64,000 bases of DNA from Octopus vulgaris (lineage: Eukaryota): contig OX597826.1 in assembly GCA_951406725.2 (NCBI GenBank), positions 42,780,001 to 42,844,000 of the forward strand. The letters run 5' to 3'. The notes beneath the pieces were generated by a model. That model saw only the letters and a program-made list of their open reading frames with translations, made no database searches and was not told where the DNA came from. The position numbers and the translations under genes are program-made. Below are positions 40,330-52,645 of this stretch, in pieces; the stretch's first letter is position 1, and each line of letters opens with the position of its first letter.

Positions 40330-42130
40330 AAGTAAAGGAGATGCCTTAGAAGTCATTACAGAAGTGTCAAATTGTTGGACAAAGACATTGAAAGTTATTC
40401 AGAGAGTTAAGTCACAGTTAAGGAAGAGGATTAGATTAGATGAGATTCAATTTGGTTTTGTGCCAGGGAGAATTACTGCTGATGCCATCATTATAGAAAG
40501 ATAACTACAGAAGAACTATTTAGCAAAATGTAAGCCATTGTACTTCATATTCATCTGTCGGGAGAAAGCCTTCGATAGAGTCCCTTTCTCTGTGATCTGG
40601 TGGTCTCTGAGGAAGTTCAGGGTTGTAGAAAGGCTTGTGAAGGCCATACAAACCAAATACAAGGATGCTGTCAGTAAAGCGAGAGTTAGCCATGAGTATA
40701 GTGAAGGATTGAGATTTTAGTTAAAAGTTCACCAGGATTTGGTTCTCAGCCTCTTTTTTTTATCATAGTCCTCTTGGTCACAACAGAGGAATTTAAGACT
40801 GGCTGTCCTTGGGAATGATTATTTGCTGGTGACCTCATTCTCACAATGGAATCTGTTGTAGAATTAGAAAAATTTCAAGTATGGAAGTAAAACCTCAAAT
40901 CAAAGGGCCTTAAAATTAACTCAGCAAAGACAATTCTAGTAAGTAGGAAAACAGACAGAACTTCATTTCCATCAGGAAAATGGCCCTACTTGATATGTAA
41001 GAAAGATTTTGGCAGGGATTCCATACTGTTTATCCAGTGAAGGCTATGGATATACAAGCAGTGCATTGGAATGACAAGGTTAGCAGAAAAAAATACTTTA
41101 TGACAGATCTCTAGGTGTAATAAATACTAAGGAGACATGAAAAATAAATTTTCTACACTGATCAAGAAGATCCTTAGAGCTAGTACTCTCTCTTTACTCT
41201 TTTACTTGTTTTAGTCATTTGACTGTGGCCATGCTGGAGCACCACCTTTAGTCGAGCAAATCGATCCCAGGACTTATTCTTTGTAAGCCTAGTACTTATT
41301 CTATCGGTGTCTTTTGCTGAACCGCTAAGTTACAGGGACGTAAACACACCAGCATCGGTTGTCAAGTGATGTTGGGGGACAAACACAGACACACAAACAC
41401 ATACACACACATACATATATACAATGGGCTTCTTTCAGTTTCTGTCTACGAAGTCCACTCACAAGGCTTTGGTTGGCCAGAGGCTATAGAAGACACTTGC
41501 CCAAGGTGCCACGCAGTGGGACTGAACTCAGAACTATGTGGTTCATAAGCAAGCTACTTACCACACAGCCACTCCTATGCCTATATAGTAGATAATTTTT
41601 GTTACCTAGGAGGACCAATTGTCAGTGGAAGAAGTGCTGAAAGTATAGTTGCTAGAATAAGAAAAGGATGGAGAAAGTTCAGAAAGCTATTACCTCTGTT
41701 GGCAACAAAAGATCTCTCTCTCAGAGTGAAAGGTAGATTGTATAATGTTTGCATATAAACAGCGATGCTATGTGATAGTGAGACATGGGCCTGGAATTCG
41801 GAGGACATGCAAAGACTATGGAGGAATGAAGCTTGTATTGATCCACTGGATATGCAATGTCTGTGTGCATGTATGATAAAGTGCAAGTTTGTTGAGAGAA
41901 AAATTAGACAGAAGAGAAAATCAGGTATAGTGTGCAAGAGAGAAGACCGTACTGGTTTGGCCCCTCGTGTTGTGCATGGAGGACGACAGTTGTTTAAAGT
42001 GGATGGAACTGGTGATAGTGAGACATTGGATGAAGTAGTGAAAGCTGATCTCAACACGTTGAACCTCATAGAGGAAATGATGACGGACTGAAATGATCAG
42101 CAATTTCCTGAGCTCAAAAAGTCTCATCCA
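40330..42130 (+). mobile_element. Degenerate RTE LINE ORF2 (RT and C-terminus), interrupted by a SINE at ~41190-41582; in GM2A intron 1
   Basis: QFGFVPGRITADAII, KAFDRVP, degenerate YADD-like LFAGDL (~40820), MLCDSETWA, EVVKADLNTLNLIEEM. Confidence 0.8.
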
Positions 42131-42547
42131 CATGGAGAAAATGAAGTCCTAAGAGCATTTTGTTTATGCCCACACATGCTAGGCCCTGCTCCTACACCCA
42201 ACCTTCCCCTTCAAGCATTCCTCTACATCTTGTCCTCTTAATACTCATCACTCCATCACTGTTCTAACTTGAGAACTGAATCAGCACATATTTCCTCTCT
42301 CATCTTTTTTTTTTTTTTGAGCTACATCAGTTCTTCACTCCCCGCCACTTAAAACCACTTTCTAGTAATATCCAGCCCTCATTCTCATTATCATCCCTTC
42401 CCATATAATTTCCCACTTACTACCATCTTTCAGTTAGCCTTCCCTCTACCCTGAGCTACGACTGAGACCTGTCATACCTCATCTGCAACATCCCATATCC
42501 ACTCCACTCCCACCCTCCCTTATGTACCTCTGATCTTATCTCTGCCA

Positions 42548-43080
42548 CTTGTTGGCATCCTTGTTGTCTCGGGAGACTATGGAGTTGCGCATAAAGTAGT
42601 CTAGTCCGGCTTTTACATTTCATGTCCTGATACATTTCCTGCTGTGGCTGTGTAGTCCTATCCTGAACAAACACCCCCTCTGGCAGGTACTGCAAATGTA
42701 GCGAAGACTGTTCCTGGCTGGTTGTAGTGCCATAGTCTCTTGTTTACGTCTCTTCCTTTCTTTCCATTTCTCCTCTCTCTCTCTGTCACTCCTTTGTATT
42801 CCCTCTTTTACAGTATGTCGCCAGTCTCCACGGTTTCCGGCAACTGCCTCCCAACCGCTAATATTGATGTTGCAGGCCTTCATGTCCCTTTTGCAAACAT
42901 CCTTGTAACATAAGAACGGTCTACCCACAGACCTAGTACCCCTAGCAAGCTCTCCGTAGAGTATGTCCTTGGGGATTCTGCCATCTTTCATACGGCTAAC
43001 ATGCCCAAGCCATCTCATACATCTTTGTGTGAGGAGCGCAAACATGCTTCGTATTCCTGCTTACCTGAGGACATCTCTGC
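42548..43080 (-). mobile_element. RTE LINE 3' end with C-terminal C2H2-like finger
   Basis: MRWLGHVSRMKDGRIPKDILYGEL...YICSTCQRGCLFRIGLHSHSRKC; 3' end CCATAGTCTCCCGAGAC...GGATGCC. Confidence 0.8.
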
Positions 43081-43089
43081 CACTATATA

Positions 43090-43125
<36 letters not shown>

Positions 43126-43309
43126 TATGTGTATACAATGTGTGTATGCGGTATTTATTGCATGATACTAATGAGGTGAAGTGCAAGTTTGTATAATGTT
43201 TCTACAACTGTTATGTAATTATTTTGGCATTTTGGTGAAATGTGTGTATGTCCTATAAAGCTTAGAATATTGTACCTGTTTTCTGCTTATTCTCATTATG
43301 TATATGTAA

Positions 43310-43352
<43 letters not shown>

Positions 43353-43575
43353 GTATATTTAATTGGCATGATGCACACATGCACACTCATGTTTTGAGTT
43401 CTGATTACCTGTTAGTGTCACCAAATCTATAAATACCTGTATGTTGTATATGGTTATTATTTTAATGCAATCTGAAAAATAATCCCTGGAAAATTTACTT
43501 ACGAAGAGATGCAATACTAAAAGCAAAATCAATGATATATATATACTCACGCTTTTTGTTTGTTTATTTCCTCAG

Positions 43576-43746
43576 ATCATGGAGCATAAAAACTTGAAAA
43601 GCTTTACTTGGTCAGATTGTGGTAACAGCTCATCAACTTTGAAAGTTAAGAACCTGATTATTGGACCTGATCCAGTGCGCTTGCCTGGTGACCTCACTAT
43701 TGGCTTCGATCTTGATATAGCAGAAGACTTTGATGATAGCCTTTCG
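43576..43746 (+). CDS. GM2A: GM2A coding exon 2 (57 codons)
   Basis: Pyrimidine tract + CAG acceptor (43573-75), donor GTAAGG (43747). IMEHKNLKSFTWSDCG...IGPDPVRLPGDLTI matches the GM2A motif SFSWxNC...LxPDPIxxPGxxT. Confidence 0.93.
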
Positions 43747-45569
43747 GTAAGGATAATGTTTCATATTTTTTTGTGTGCATTCAATGCTGATTGGGCTGAC
43801 TCCTCATCAACTTTTTTCCAAACCCTGCTGCATTTCACATAGAATTTTTGGTCTTTCTAAGTCATCTTGGTGTATAAGTCAATCCATCTTTATTTTTGGC
43901 TGTAAGTTACGGTCTGAAAAAAAAAATCGAACTGCATGCAGGAAAATGCAGTAAATTCTGTGGTACCTTGGGCAAGTGTCTTCCACTGTATCCTTGGGTT
44001 AACCAAATCTTTGTGAATGGATTTGAGAGATGAAAACTGAAAGAAGTCCATCATAAACACACACAGTCATAAATAACAGAAATAGTTTGATGGAATTTTA
44101 TTTAACAATAAGTAAATTCTAATATCAAGACTAATTCTTTCAAAACTTAAAAACATGTAAATAATTTAAAAGAAATCATTATTATATTTAATAAATAAAT
44201 TATTTACATGCCTGCATTAATGCAAAATGCAAAAAATCCTTCAAAATAATGCAGTCTTTATTATTTTCTCTTGTATTGTACTATATATTCTATATATTTT
44301 GTAGAATGATACATTAAAAAACTTTTTTATGAGTAACACAGGATAGCTTGAATCTTTATAGTATGAGAGACACACACACACGTATATATATATATACATT
44401 TATATATATATATATATAATATATACATTTATATATATATATATGTGTGTGTGGAGGCGCAATGGCCCAGTGGTTAGGGCCCAGACCGGGCGTTGTGAGT
44501 GTTTATTGAGCGAAAACACCTAAAAGCTCCACGCGGCTCTGGCAGGGGGGGGGGGTGATCCCTGCTGTACTCTTTCACCACTCTTTCTTCTGTTGGCCTG
44601 CTCGCTTAGCCAGCGGGATGGCGTCATTCAAAGGCTAAAACAATGCAACATCTGATGGTTTGGTCGGTCACGTGATATATATATATACATTTATATATAT
44701 ATATATTATATATATACATACATATGTGTGTGTGTGTGTATGTATCTTTGTTTCTCCTTGTCTTGACATCACATGACTGTTGTAAATGAATGTTATTAAT
44801 TTCCAATATTCCATAAAAACATGTCTGGCCTGGAGAAACATTAAATTGTTTGGAAACAAGAGAGGCATCTGGCTGTAGAAAATCTGCTTCAGTGAATTTC
44901 ATCTGTTATATACAAGCATGGAAAAGTGAATGATTATGATGGTATTATATTCATATCCAGGGTAGTAAAACATACAAAAAAATAAGCAAACGACAGGCGT
45001 GCAAGTGAGTTTTTAGCAGACATAATTCTGCCTTCATAGCACGTAAAGAAAATGTTGTAGAAATGTACACAGCACATGTACTACAGCAGTCCTATGTGTA
45101 GCTTTAATACTGAGATTAAAAGGCAGAAGCGAATTATGCCTACCTAATCTACAAGAATATAAAATATTTTGTATTTTATGCATAGTAATCAGAGCAACCT
45201 TCATAATTTTATAGAATTAGGTGCATATTTTGCCATAAAAGGAAAATGTTACTATCAATATGTTTTATTCTGGATAGGCACTGCCTACCTTGCCTACCCA
45301 GGTGGCATGTCCCTGGTACTGAAGGCGGTGAGCTGGCAGAGACGTTAGCACGCCGGGTGAAATGCGTAGCGGTATTTCGTCTGTCGCTACGTTCTGAGTT
45401 CAAATTCCGCCGAGGTCGACTTTACCTTTCATCCTTTCGGGGTCGATTAAATAAGTACCAGTTACGCACTGGGGTCGATATAATCGACTTAATCCGTTTG
45501 TCTGTCCTTGTTTGTCCTCTCTGTGTTTAGCCCCTTGTGGGTAGCAAAGAAATAGGTACTGAATTCGGT

Positions 45570-45947
45570 GTGACACCAGTGCAAAATCACCTCCCTCCGA
45601 CAAGTCATTCTAACAAGACATCTGCGTTGGCTGGGTCATGCCCTCCGTCATCAACCAGGAGAATTCATCTACAAAGCAATTGCTCCAGTTCCCCTTCAGG
45701 GTTGGCGAAAGTGATGTGGTGGACAATGAAAAACCTGGCTGATGAAAGTCAAGGCTGATCTGGAACCCAACCTAGGTCCCCATGTCTACGGTGTTCGCCG
45801 CTGGAATAGGGAGTGGTTGGAGATCATGTGGTCTTTAGCCTCAAATTGCCAAGCCTGATCGGTGTTTCTGAGAGATGCAGCATTGAGGATGAATGAAGCC
45901 AGCTCAACCCACCCTGGGTGAATGCTGTCTCAGGTCAGGTCAGGTCA
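45570..45947 (+). mobile_element. RTE-like LINE 3' end with (CAGGT)n tail
   Basis: LRWLGHALR...GWRK*CGGQ*KTWL...RRWNREWL; related to 49115-49455 and 57120-57645. Confidence 0.7.
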
Positions 45948-46312
45948 TGTCCCTGGTATGTATATATATATAATAGGTAAAAGTACATCAAAAGGCAAGT
46001 AGTAAGAGTACAAACAATTAATGCTCAGACCAGATCACCTAAAATCCAAGGAAGGAAGATGGAATCCAGGCATTCAAGAGTTGGTTGACTCTTGTATAAC
46101 TATTTTACTATTGCTTAGATACCATTAACAATTATCTGTCCATCTTCTATCTTATGTATGTGTATATCATCATCATTGTCATTATTTAACATCCGTTTTC
46201 CATGCTGGCATGGGTTAGACAGTTTAACTGGAACTGGTAAGCTGGTCTGATTTGGTTTGGTTTCTATGGCTGGATGCCTTTCCTAATGCCAACCACACCA
46301 AGAGTATAATGG

Positions 46313-46356
<44 letters not shown>

Positions 46357-46638
46357 ATTCCATGCAACTTTCATTTACTAAATTCCTTCACAAAGTATTG
46401 GTTGGTCCAGGGGATATTGTGGAAGGCACTTACCCAAAGTGTGCTGTGCAGTGGGACTGAACCCCAAATCTATGTAGTTGAGAATCAAGCTTCTTGCCCA
46501 CACAACCATATCATGTGACATTATTTTGTATTTCAAGTAATCTGTAGGATTTTGTTCTCTCTCTTTTTTTTATCTTGTACTATTTTTATTTTCTTTATTC
46601 ATTTCTTTCTTTTTTTTTTCTGTGTCATTATTGTTCAG

Positions 46639-46809
46639 GGTTCTGTGGAAATATACAAAAAGGTTGGAGCAGAATATATTAAAATTCCTTGCATTGGAAA
46701 TATTGGCTCCTGCGACTACGACGATGTATGTGGCTTAATGGAACAAATACCACAGTGTCCTCAACCATTTATTGACAACAATATACCCTGCAAATGTCCA
46801 TTTAAAAAG
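46639..46809 (+). CDS. GM2A: GM2A coding exon 3 (57 codons)
   Basis: CAG acceptor (46636-38), donor GTTGGT (46810). YIKIPCIGNIGSCDYDDVC...CPQPF...PCKCPFKK matches the GM2A hallmark IKIPCxxxIGSCxxxxxC...CPxP...PCxCPFK. Confidence 0.95.
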
Positions 46810-47826
46810 GTTGGTTTATTGTTATTGCTATCATTTATAATAGTGGTTCTTGTTCAATTTTTTGCCTATGGACTCCTTCAGTTCCTGTTTCTCTCTACTG
46901 GACCCCACCATAGCCATATGATATATATAAAAAATTTCTTATGTTATTAAGAATTGTATAAAAATTTGTTTAAGAGTGGCTATGTGGTAAGAAGCTTACT
47001 TTTCAACCACATTGTTCTGAATTCAGAAATTTTAACAACAAAACCTTAAGCAAACTGACACTATTTGTTAAGTGTTGGGTGGGACAAACAACACAACACG
47101 AAGACACACATACACATACATTCATACATATACACAGCGGATTTCCACACAGATTTTGTTTACCAAATTCTCTCACAAGGCATTGGTTGGCTCAGAACTG
47201 TAGTAGAAGACACTTGCCCAAGGTACCACAAAGTGAGTGGAGCTGAACCCAAAACCACACAGTTGCAAAGCGATCGTCTTACCCATACAGCCATGCCAAT
47301 GATCAGACTTGGATTAAGAGAGATTTTGGTCATCATGAAGATTTTCTTGCTGATTTAAGGAATGTAAACATGAGAATCAGTTTTTGAGGCTGAGTATCCA
47401 GTAGGCAGCCAATTGGCAGAGCTTTGGAGAGATTGCCATGCTTTAATCCTTCTGGCTCTCTTCACTCTGAGTTCAAATCTGCTGAGGCCAGGCAAATTTG
47501 CCTTTCATCTCTTTGAGGTCAATTAATAAAGTACTAGGCCACTATTTGAGTCAATTCTTCTATTACTCTTGCTTTTTCTCCCTGTTTTGGAAGAAATCAG
47601 CTGTACTCAGACCTGGAGAGCAGTAGGCCTTATGTAGGGCTAAAACATGCATGAGGTATCCCCTACAACTCCATTAATGAAATGCAGGTCCTAGACATCT
47701 GGAAGCATTCTAGTTATGCAATCAGTGTGACTAGATATTCATTGTAAATGAATCTGTATTTCACAGATGCCTCTACTCTTATTGAAATTTTCTGGCAGAA
47801 TTGACATAATACAGTGTGTGTGTGTG

Positions 47827-47872
<46 letters not shown>

Positions 47873-48093
47873 CTTGTCTGTAACTTAGAGATACAGTCTA
47901 TCCAACAGGCTTATAGGTGTTGCACTGTGGGATTGAACTGGGGTCTCATGATTGCAAAGTAGATTTAACTATTTGGCCAGGTACTCCCCATTCTCATACA
48001 CACACACATACATATACACATACATACACACATACACTAGCACATTCACAGACATACAACATTCTAGACCCTTCCATTTTCTTTTTTTTACAG

Positions 48094-48231
48094 AATTCCT
48101 ACAAGATGCCATCTTCTCAAATTAATGTTCCGGAAGATCCTGTTCCTTCCGGAGATTACAAAGCTACAGTTCTCTTGAAACACAAGCAAGCATTTGCTGG
48201 CTGTTTGAAAGTTGCTCTGAGTATTTCTTAG
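48094..48231 (+). CDS. GM2A: GM2A coding exon 4 (45 aa + TAG)
   Basis: T-rich tract + CAG acceptor (48091-93). NSYKMPSS...SGDYKATVLL...AGCLKVALSIS* matches the GM2A C-terminus (YxLP...GxY...GCxKI). Spliced product is 196 aa with 8 Cys in the mature domain. Confidence 0.93.
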   Translation, partial: NSYKMPSSQINVPEDPVPSGDYKATVLLKHKQAFAGCLKVALSIS

Positions 48232-49114
48232 GTAATTCCAAGGACTTTCCTCTTTTTATTTTGTTGAAATGTATGCATGTGTGAATGCACCCAGACTGCA
48301 CTGTCCCTACCTACAAATTGGTGCTTCATTCTCTTGGCATCACTGTCCATACAGGAGGTGTCATTTGTTTCTAATCTGGCTGTAGAAAATCTGCTACAAG
48401 GAATTCCATCTGACTGGTGCGAACATGGTAAAGTAGATATTAAAACAATGATGATGATAAGATCAAACTGATAAAAATATAAGGTACATATGTTGAAAAT
48501 ATACATTCTTAACCTTTTAGTATTTAAACTGGCCATATCTGGCCCAAAGTGTCAGCATCATGATCATAAGATTGTGGTTTCGATACCTGGACTGGGCGAC
48601 GCGTTGTATTTTTGAGCAAAACACTTCATTTCACGCTGCTCCGGTCCACTCAGCTGGCAAAAATGAGTAATGCTGCGATGGACTGGCGTCCCATCCAGCT
48701 GAGGAACACATACGCCATAGAAACCGGGAAACCAGTCCCATGAGCCTGGCTAGGCTTTAAAAGGGCACATTTATTTATATATCTGGCCCAAATATTCTAC
48801 CTGTTCTATGTTCAAACTGGCTAAGTTTGGTCTACCTGTTAAGCCAAGTGAAATTGTAGTTGCAGCCAATGCTGGCATTACATAACTGCCACCCGTATCA
48901 GTGGCATGTGAAAAGCACCTATTACTCTCCTGGAGTGGTTGGCGTTAGGAAGGGCATCCAGGCATAGAAACCATGCCACATCAGACCAGAGTCTGGTGCT
49001 GCTCTCCAGCTTGCCAGCTCTGGCCAAATTGTCCAACCTATACCAGCATGGACAATGGACGTTAAATGATGATCATCAAAATCTGAAAGCTATGAGATAA
49101 TGCATAGTTAATTC

Positions 49115-49455
49115 TTACTTACTTACTTGTACTTGCGACAGCATTCACCTATGGGGGGTTGAGCTGGCTTCTTCTCTGTACCTGATGGCATCAGGAACCA
49201 TGGTGGCCCACGCTCGACGGTCTTGTGCAAGGTCACTTGAGATAGCGAGCCATTCGCGGTTCCATCTGCACAGACCGACCACCTGCAGACCTGAGAGTTC
49301 GGAGATGTCCTCCTTTATCATCGTTGCCCAGGTCTTCAGCTGCCCGCCCATACATTTGCGCCAGCTGGGAAGTGGAGATGGGAGGAGGACATCGCGAATC
49401 AGCTCGCCCTCTGGACACCGGGCCGCATGACCGAACCACCTTAAGCACCGTGTAA
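49115..49455 (-). mobile_element. RTE-like LINE 3' end
   Basis: GGQLKTWATMIKED...RWNREWL...AQDRRAW; (AAGT)n tail. Confidence 0.7.
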
Positions 49456-49579
49456 TTCAAAGCAATGTGAATAAATACGCATTACATTTGTCAGAATAAT
49501 TTGAATGCTAAAGGGTTAAAATGAAAATAATTGTGTGAATAATTATAATTATTATATATATATTTTTTTATTTCTATAG

Positions 49580-49700
49580 GTTGGTTGTTGCCAGTTACAC
49601 AGCATTCCAGATTTGCACTGTGCTTATATACAGACGTTCCTTTGGAAGAGAAGCTTACATATTTATACTTTTATAAATAAAATTGCAATTTCTTATATAA
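49580..49700 (+). other. GM2A: Probable non-coding terminal exon (3' UTR) of GM2A
   Basis: Donor GTAATT directly after the stop codon (48232); acceptor TTTTTTTATTTCTATAG ending at 49579; AATAAA at 49676-49681. Inference; the 3' end is approximate. Confidence 0.5.
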
Positions 49701-50812
49701 AATAATGTTCTCATCTCAAATTCTTCAGTGTTTTTCTCCCTCTCTCCTCTTTCTCCCAATCCATCCCCCTCTCTTATGCACACAATGTTTCCTTTCTTTT
49801 TATTATTTTATTATTGCTCACTGGGCTGGCATTCTGGATAAAGGGTTAAATTACTGGACCACTGAGCAGACTGTTACTTGGTCAAATTTTACTACAATAG
49901 CCACTGTCAGGTACAACACAGGTAATTGGCATACTTTAAAAAAAAACTAAAAAAACTAAGGGAGATAACTCCAAGTAGTCAGTGGCCTGTATTTGAACAA
50001 CAGAACACCATCCGAGCGTGATCGTTGCCAGACTAGCCAACTGGCTTCCGTACCCGTGGCATGTAAAAGGGCACCATTTGAGCGTGATCGTTACCAACTC
50101 CGCTTCACTGGCACCTGTGCCGGTGGCATGTGTAAAAAGATTTGAGCGAGGTCATTGCCAGTACCGCCTGACTGGCCCCCGTGCAGGTGGCACGTAAAAA
50201 GCACCCACTACACCCTCAGAGTGGTTGGCGTTAGGAAGGGCAACCAGCTGTAGAAACTCTGCCAGATCAAGACTGGAGCCTGGTGCAGCCATCTGGTTGC
50301 CAGCCCTCAGTCAAAATCGTCCAACCCATGCTAGCATGGAAAACGGATGTTAAATGATGATGACGATGATAAACGAATACAGGTGTATCAAATACCATAC
50401 AACAAAAATTCTTGATTTATTAAAATTATTTCTGCCTCTAGATCATAATCACTGAATGACAATTAAGACCAGCTTCTTATGAGGAAAGAGAGATAATTTC
50501 AAGATTCAAATATTCTCCAAAGCTGACATACCATTAAGGAAAAGGACAGGTTAATTGTGTGGAGATGAGAGAACGACTGTGAATGTGTTTCTGTCTCAAT
50601 CATTATCATCAGCACAACAATTGTCTGATCTTATCTCCAGCAGCCAACAAATGAGTAGAATACATTTATGGCATACAACATAGATAAATCTAAATGTTTC
50701 AATTACTCAAAGTACAGACTTCTTACTCTATCCCATCTAGATCTAGGTTATTTCTTCCAAACTTTATATGAATACTCTGTTGTTTTCCCTTTATAGGTAG
50801 ATTACCACTGTA

Positions 50813-50848
<36 letters not shown>

Positions 50849-50924
50849 GAAAAAAACAAGACGAAGACAGGTGGTGTGCAAAACAAACAGATGTATTAGT
50901 ATAACACTCAGGAATAGCAAAAGT

Positions 50925-50960
50925 CTTTTACGTTTCAAGCCTACGGTCTTCTACAGAAAG
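50925..50960 (-). ncRNA. Degenerate hammerhead motif, same repeat family as 27612-27646
   Basis: Minus strand CTTT-CTGTAGA-AGACCGTAGGCTT-GAAAC-GTA-AAAG (A6 mutated). The downstream TTCCTGAG(C/T)GT...TAATA context is shared with 27660-27681. Confidence 0.45.
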
Positions 50961-51644
50961 GGATACAGAAAAAAACAAGGAGAGAAAAAAAAATGTGTGT
51001 AGTGCCTAACGATCTATCCTCTCATGTTCATTTGTGTGTGTGTGTGTGTGGGGGGAGTGTTGGTTTTATTAGCAAAAACTTAAGGCCCTAGCTTAGATTG
51101 TCATCATTTTCATACAGAACCAGTCCTCTCATTTCTAGCATTGGAGAGTTTTGTATGCATAATTTTTCATATTTTTTTATGCAATAAATTGAAAATACGC
51201 ATTTTCTGGTTATTATCCTTGAGCTGAATAATACTTAACGGACTCTCAGAATTGTTCTCCACATAAGTTGGAATTCCTCTATTTTGGGGCCAGGATTTTT
51301 CTTTTCTTCATTTTTTTTTTGTCCATCAGAATGGTTATTATTGTTTAGCTTCAGGTTGGTCTTGACCAAGCAGACATTGAATCAAAGTCATTCCAGCTGT
51401 GAATATCTTGAGTGGCTTTAGCAGTTTTGAAACCTTGACTGAATGCAAAGAGAAGCAGGTATTGAAAAATGCTAATTTTTTTTCTTACTTGGCACTCCAT
51501 CATCGTATATCTGAAAAGAGGTCAAATTTATTCAGATTTCAAAAATGATTGATTAAAGTTCTAGAGGAAGAATGGAACACTTTGATAAAAATATTTTTCA
51601 TGTTAGTTCAAATAACATTGAAAGGAAATGAATAAATTTATCTA

Positions 51645-52044
51645 GGCACAGGAGTGGCTGTGTGGTAAGTAGCTTGTTTACCAACCACATGGTTCCGGGT
51701 TCAGTCCCATTGCGTGGCACCTTGGGCAAGTGTCTTCTACTATAGCCTTGGGCCGACCAAAGCCTTGTGAGTAGATTTGGTAGATGGAAACTGAAAGAAG
51801 CCTGTCGTATATATGTATATATATATGTATGTGTGTGTTTGTGTGTCTGTGTTTGTCACCCCAACATCGCTTGACAACCGATGCTGGTGTGTTTATGTCC
51901 CCGTTACTTAGCGGTTCGGCAAAAGAGACCGATAGAATAAGTACTGGGCTTACAAAGAATAAGTCCTGGGGTCGAGTTGCTCAATTAAAAGGCGGTGCTC
52001 CAGCATGGCCGCAGTCAAATGACTGAAACAAGTAAAAGAGTAAA
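51645..52044 (+). mobile_element. Full-length tRNA-derived CORE-like SINE
   Basis: A-box TGGCTGTGTGG, B-box-like GGTTCAGTCCC, CORE-like CCTTGGGCAAGTG, internal (TA)/(TG), tail GCGGTGCTCCAGCATGGCCGCAGTC...GAAACAAGTAAAAGAG. Other copies at approx 4643-4808, 5706-5870, 11315-11800(-), 17370-17700(-), 26745-27065, 41190-41582(-), 47050-47297(-), 53920-54245, 63805-63950. Confidence 0.8.
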
Positions 52045-52059
52045 CCAATATTTATACTA

Positions 52060-52645
52060 TAAGAATAATTGTTCCAGCAATAAATACAATGCAACATTGT
52101 ACAAATATCCTACTGACACTTGTACAGAAAGGTGGTGGTAAAAGAAGGCAACAAATTCTTCTTCAACAAGTCGTTGAAGATGACGATGAACAGTTGTATG
52201 GTTTGAACAAAGCTTTATTTCCAATTCTTTAACTGATAATGCAGGATTTTCTTCAAGTAATGCCTCAAGGAGCTTATCAAACTCAACTGGACATCCTGTT
52301 CGATCTTCATCTTCAAGGCTCAAATCTCCACTTCTGAATTTTGCAAACCCCCTTCTGCAAGTTCTTTCATTCAAGCATTCTTTCCCATAAATTGAGTATA
52401 TGTTTCATGTTGCTTCGGCTGCAGAGTTCCTTTTGTGTACTGATAAAGCATTGTGTGCCTCAAATGCTCTTTGGATACTTCCATGTTAGAAAGGGTTTTA
52501 ATCAAAGAAATTTTAATTCTATTATTCAGTAAAATAATATTTAATTAGTTTAAATGTACACAAATGCATAAAAATACTTTTTAATTCCATTAGACATTCT
52601 AAAATACTATTAAATTTCATTCAATTTTAAAAAAGGTAAAGTTGG
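52060..52645 (-). mobile_element. Internally deleted mariner element
   Basis: FAKFRSGDLSLEDEDRTGCP...LEENPALSVKEL; TIR-like end ...CTTATGGGATGACCTGATA. Confidence 0.7.
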
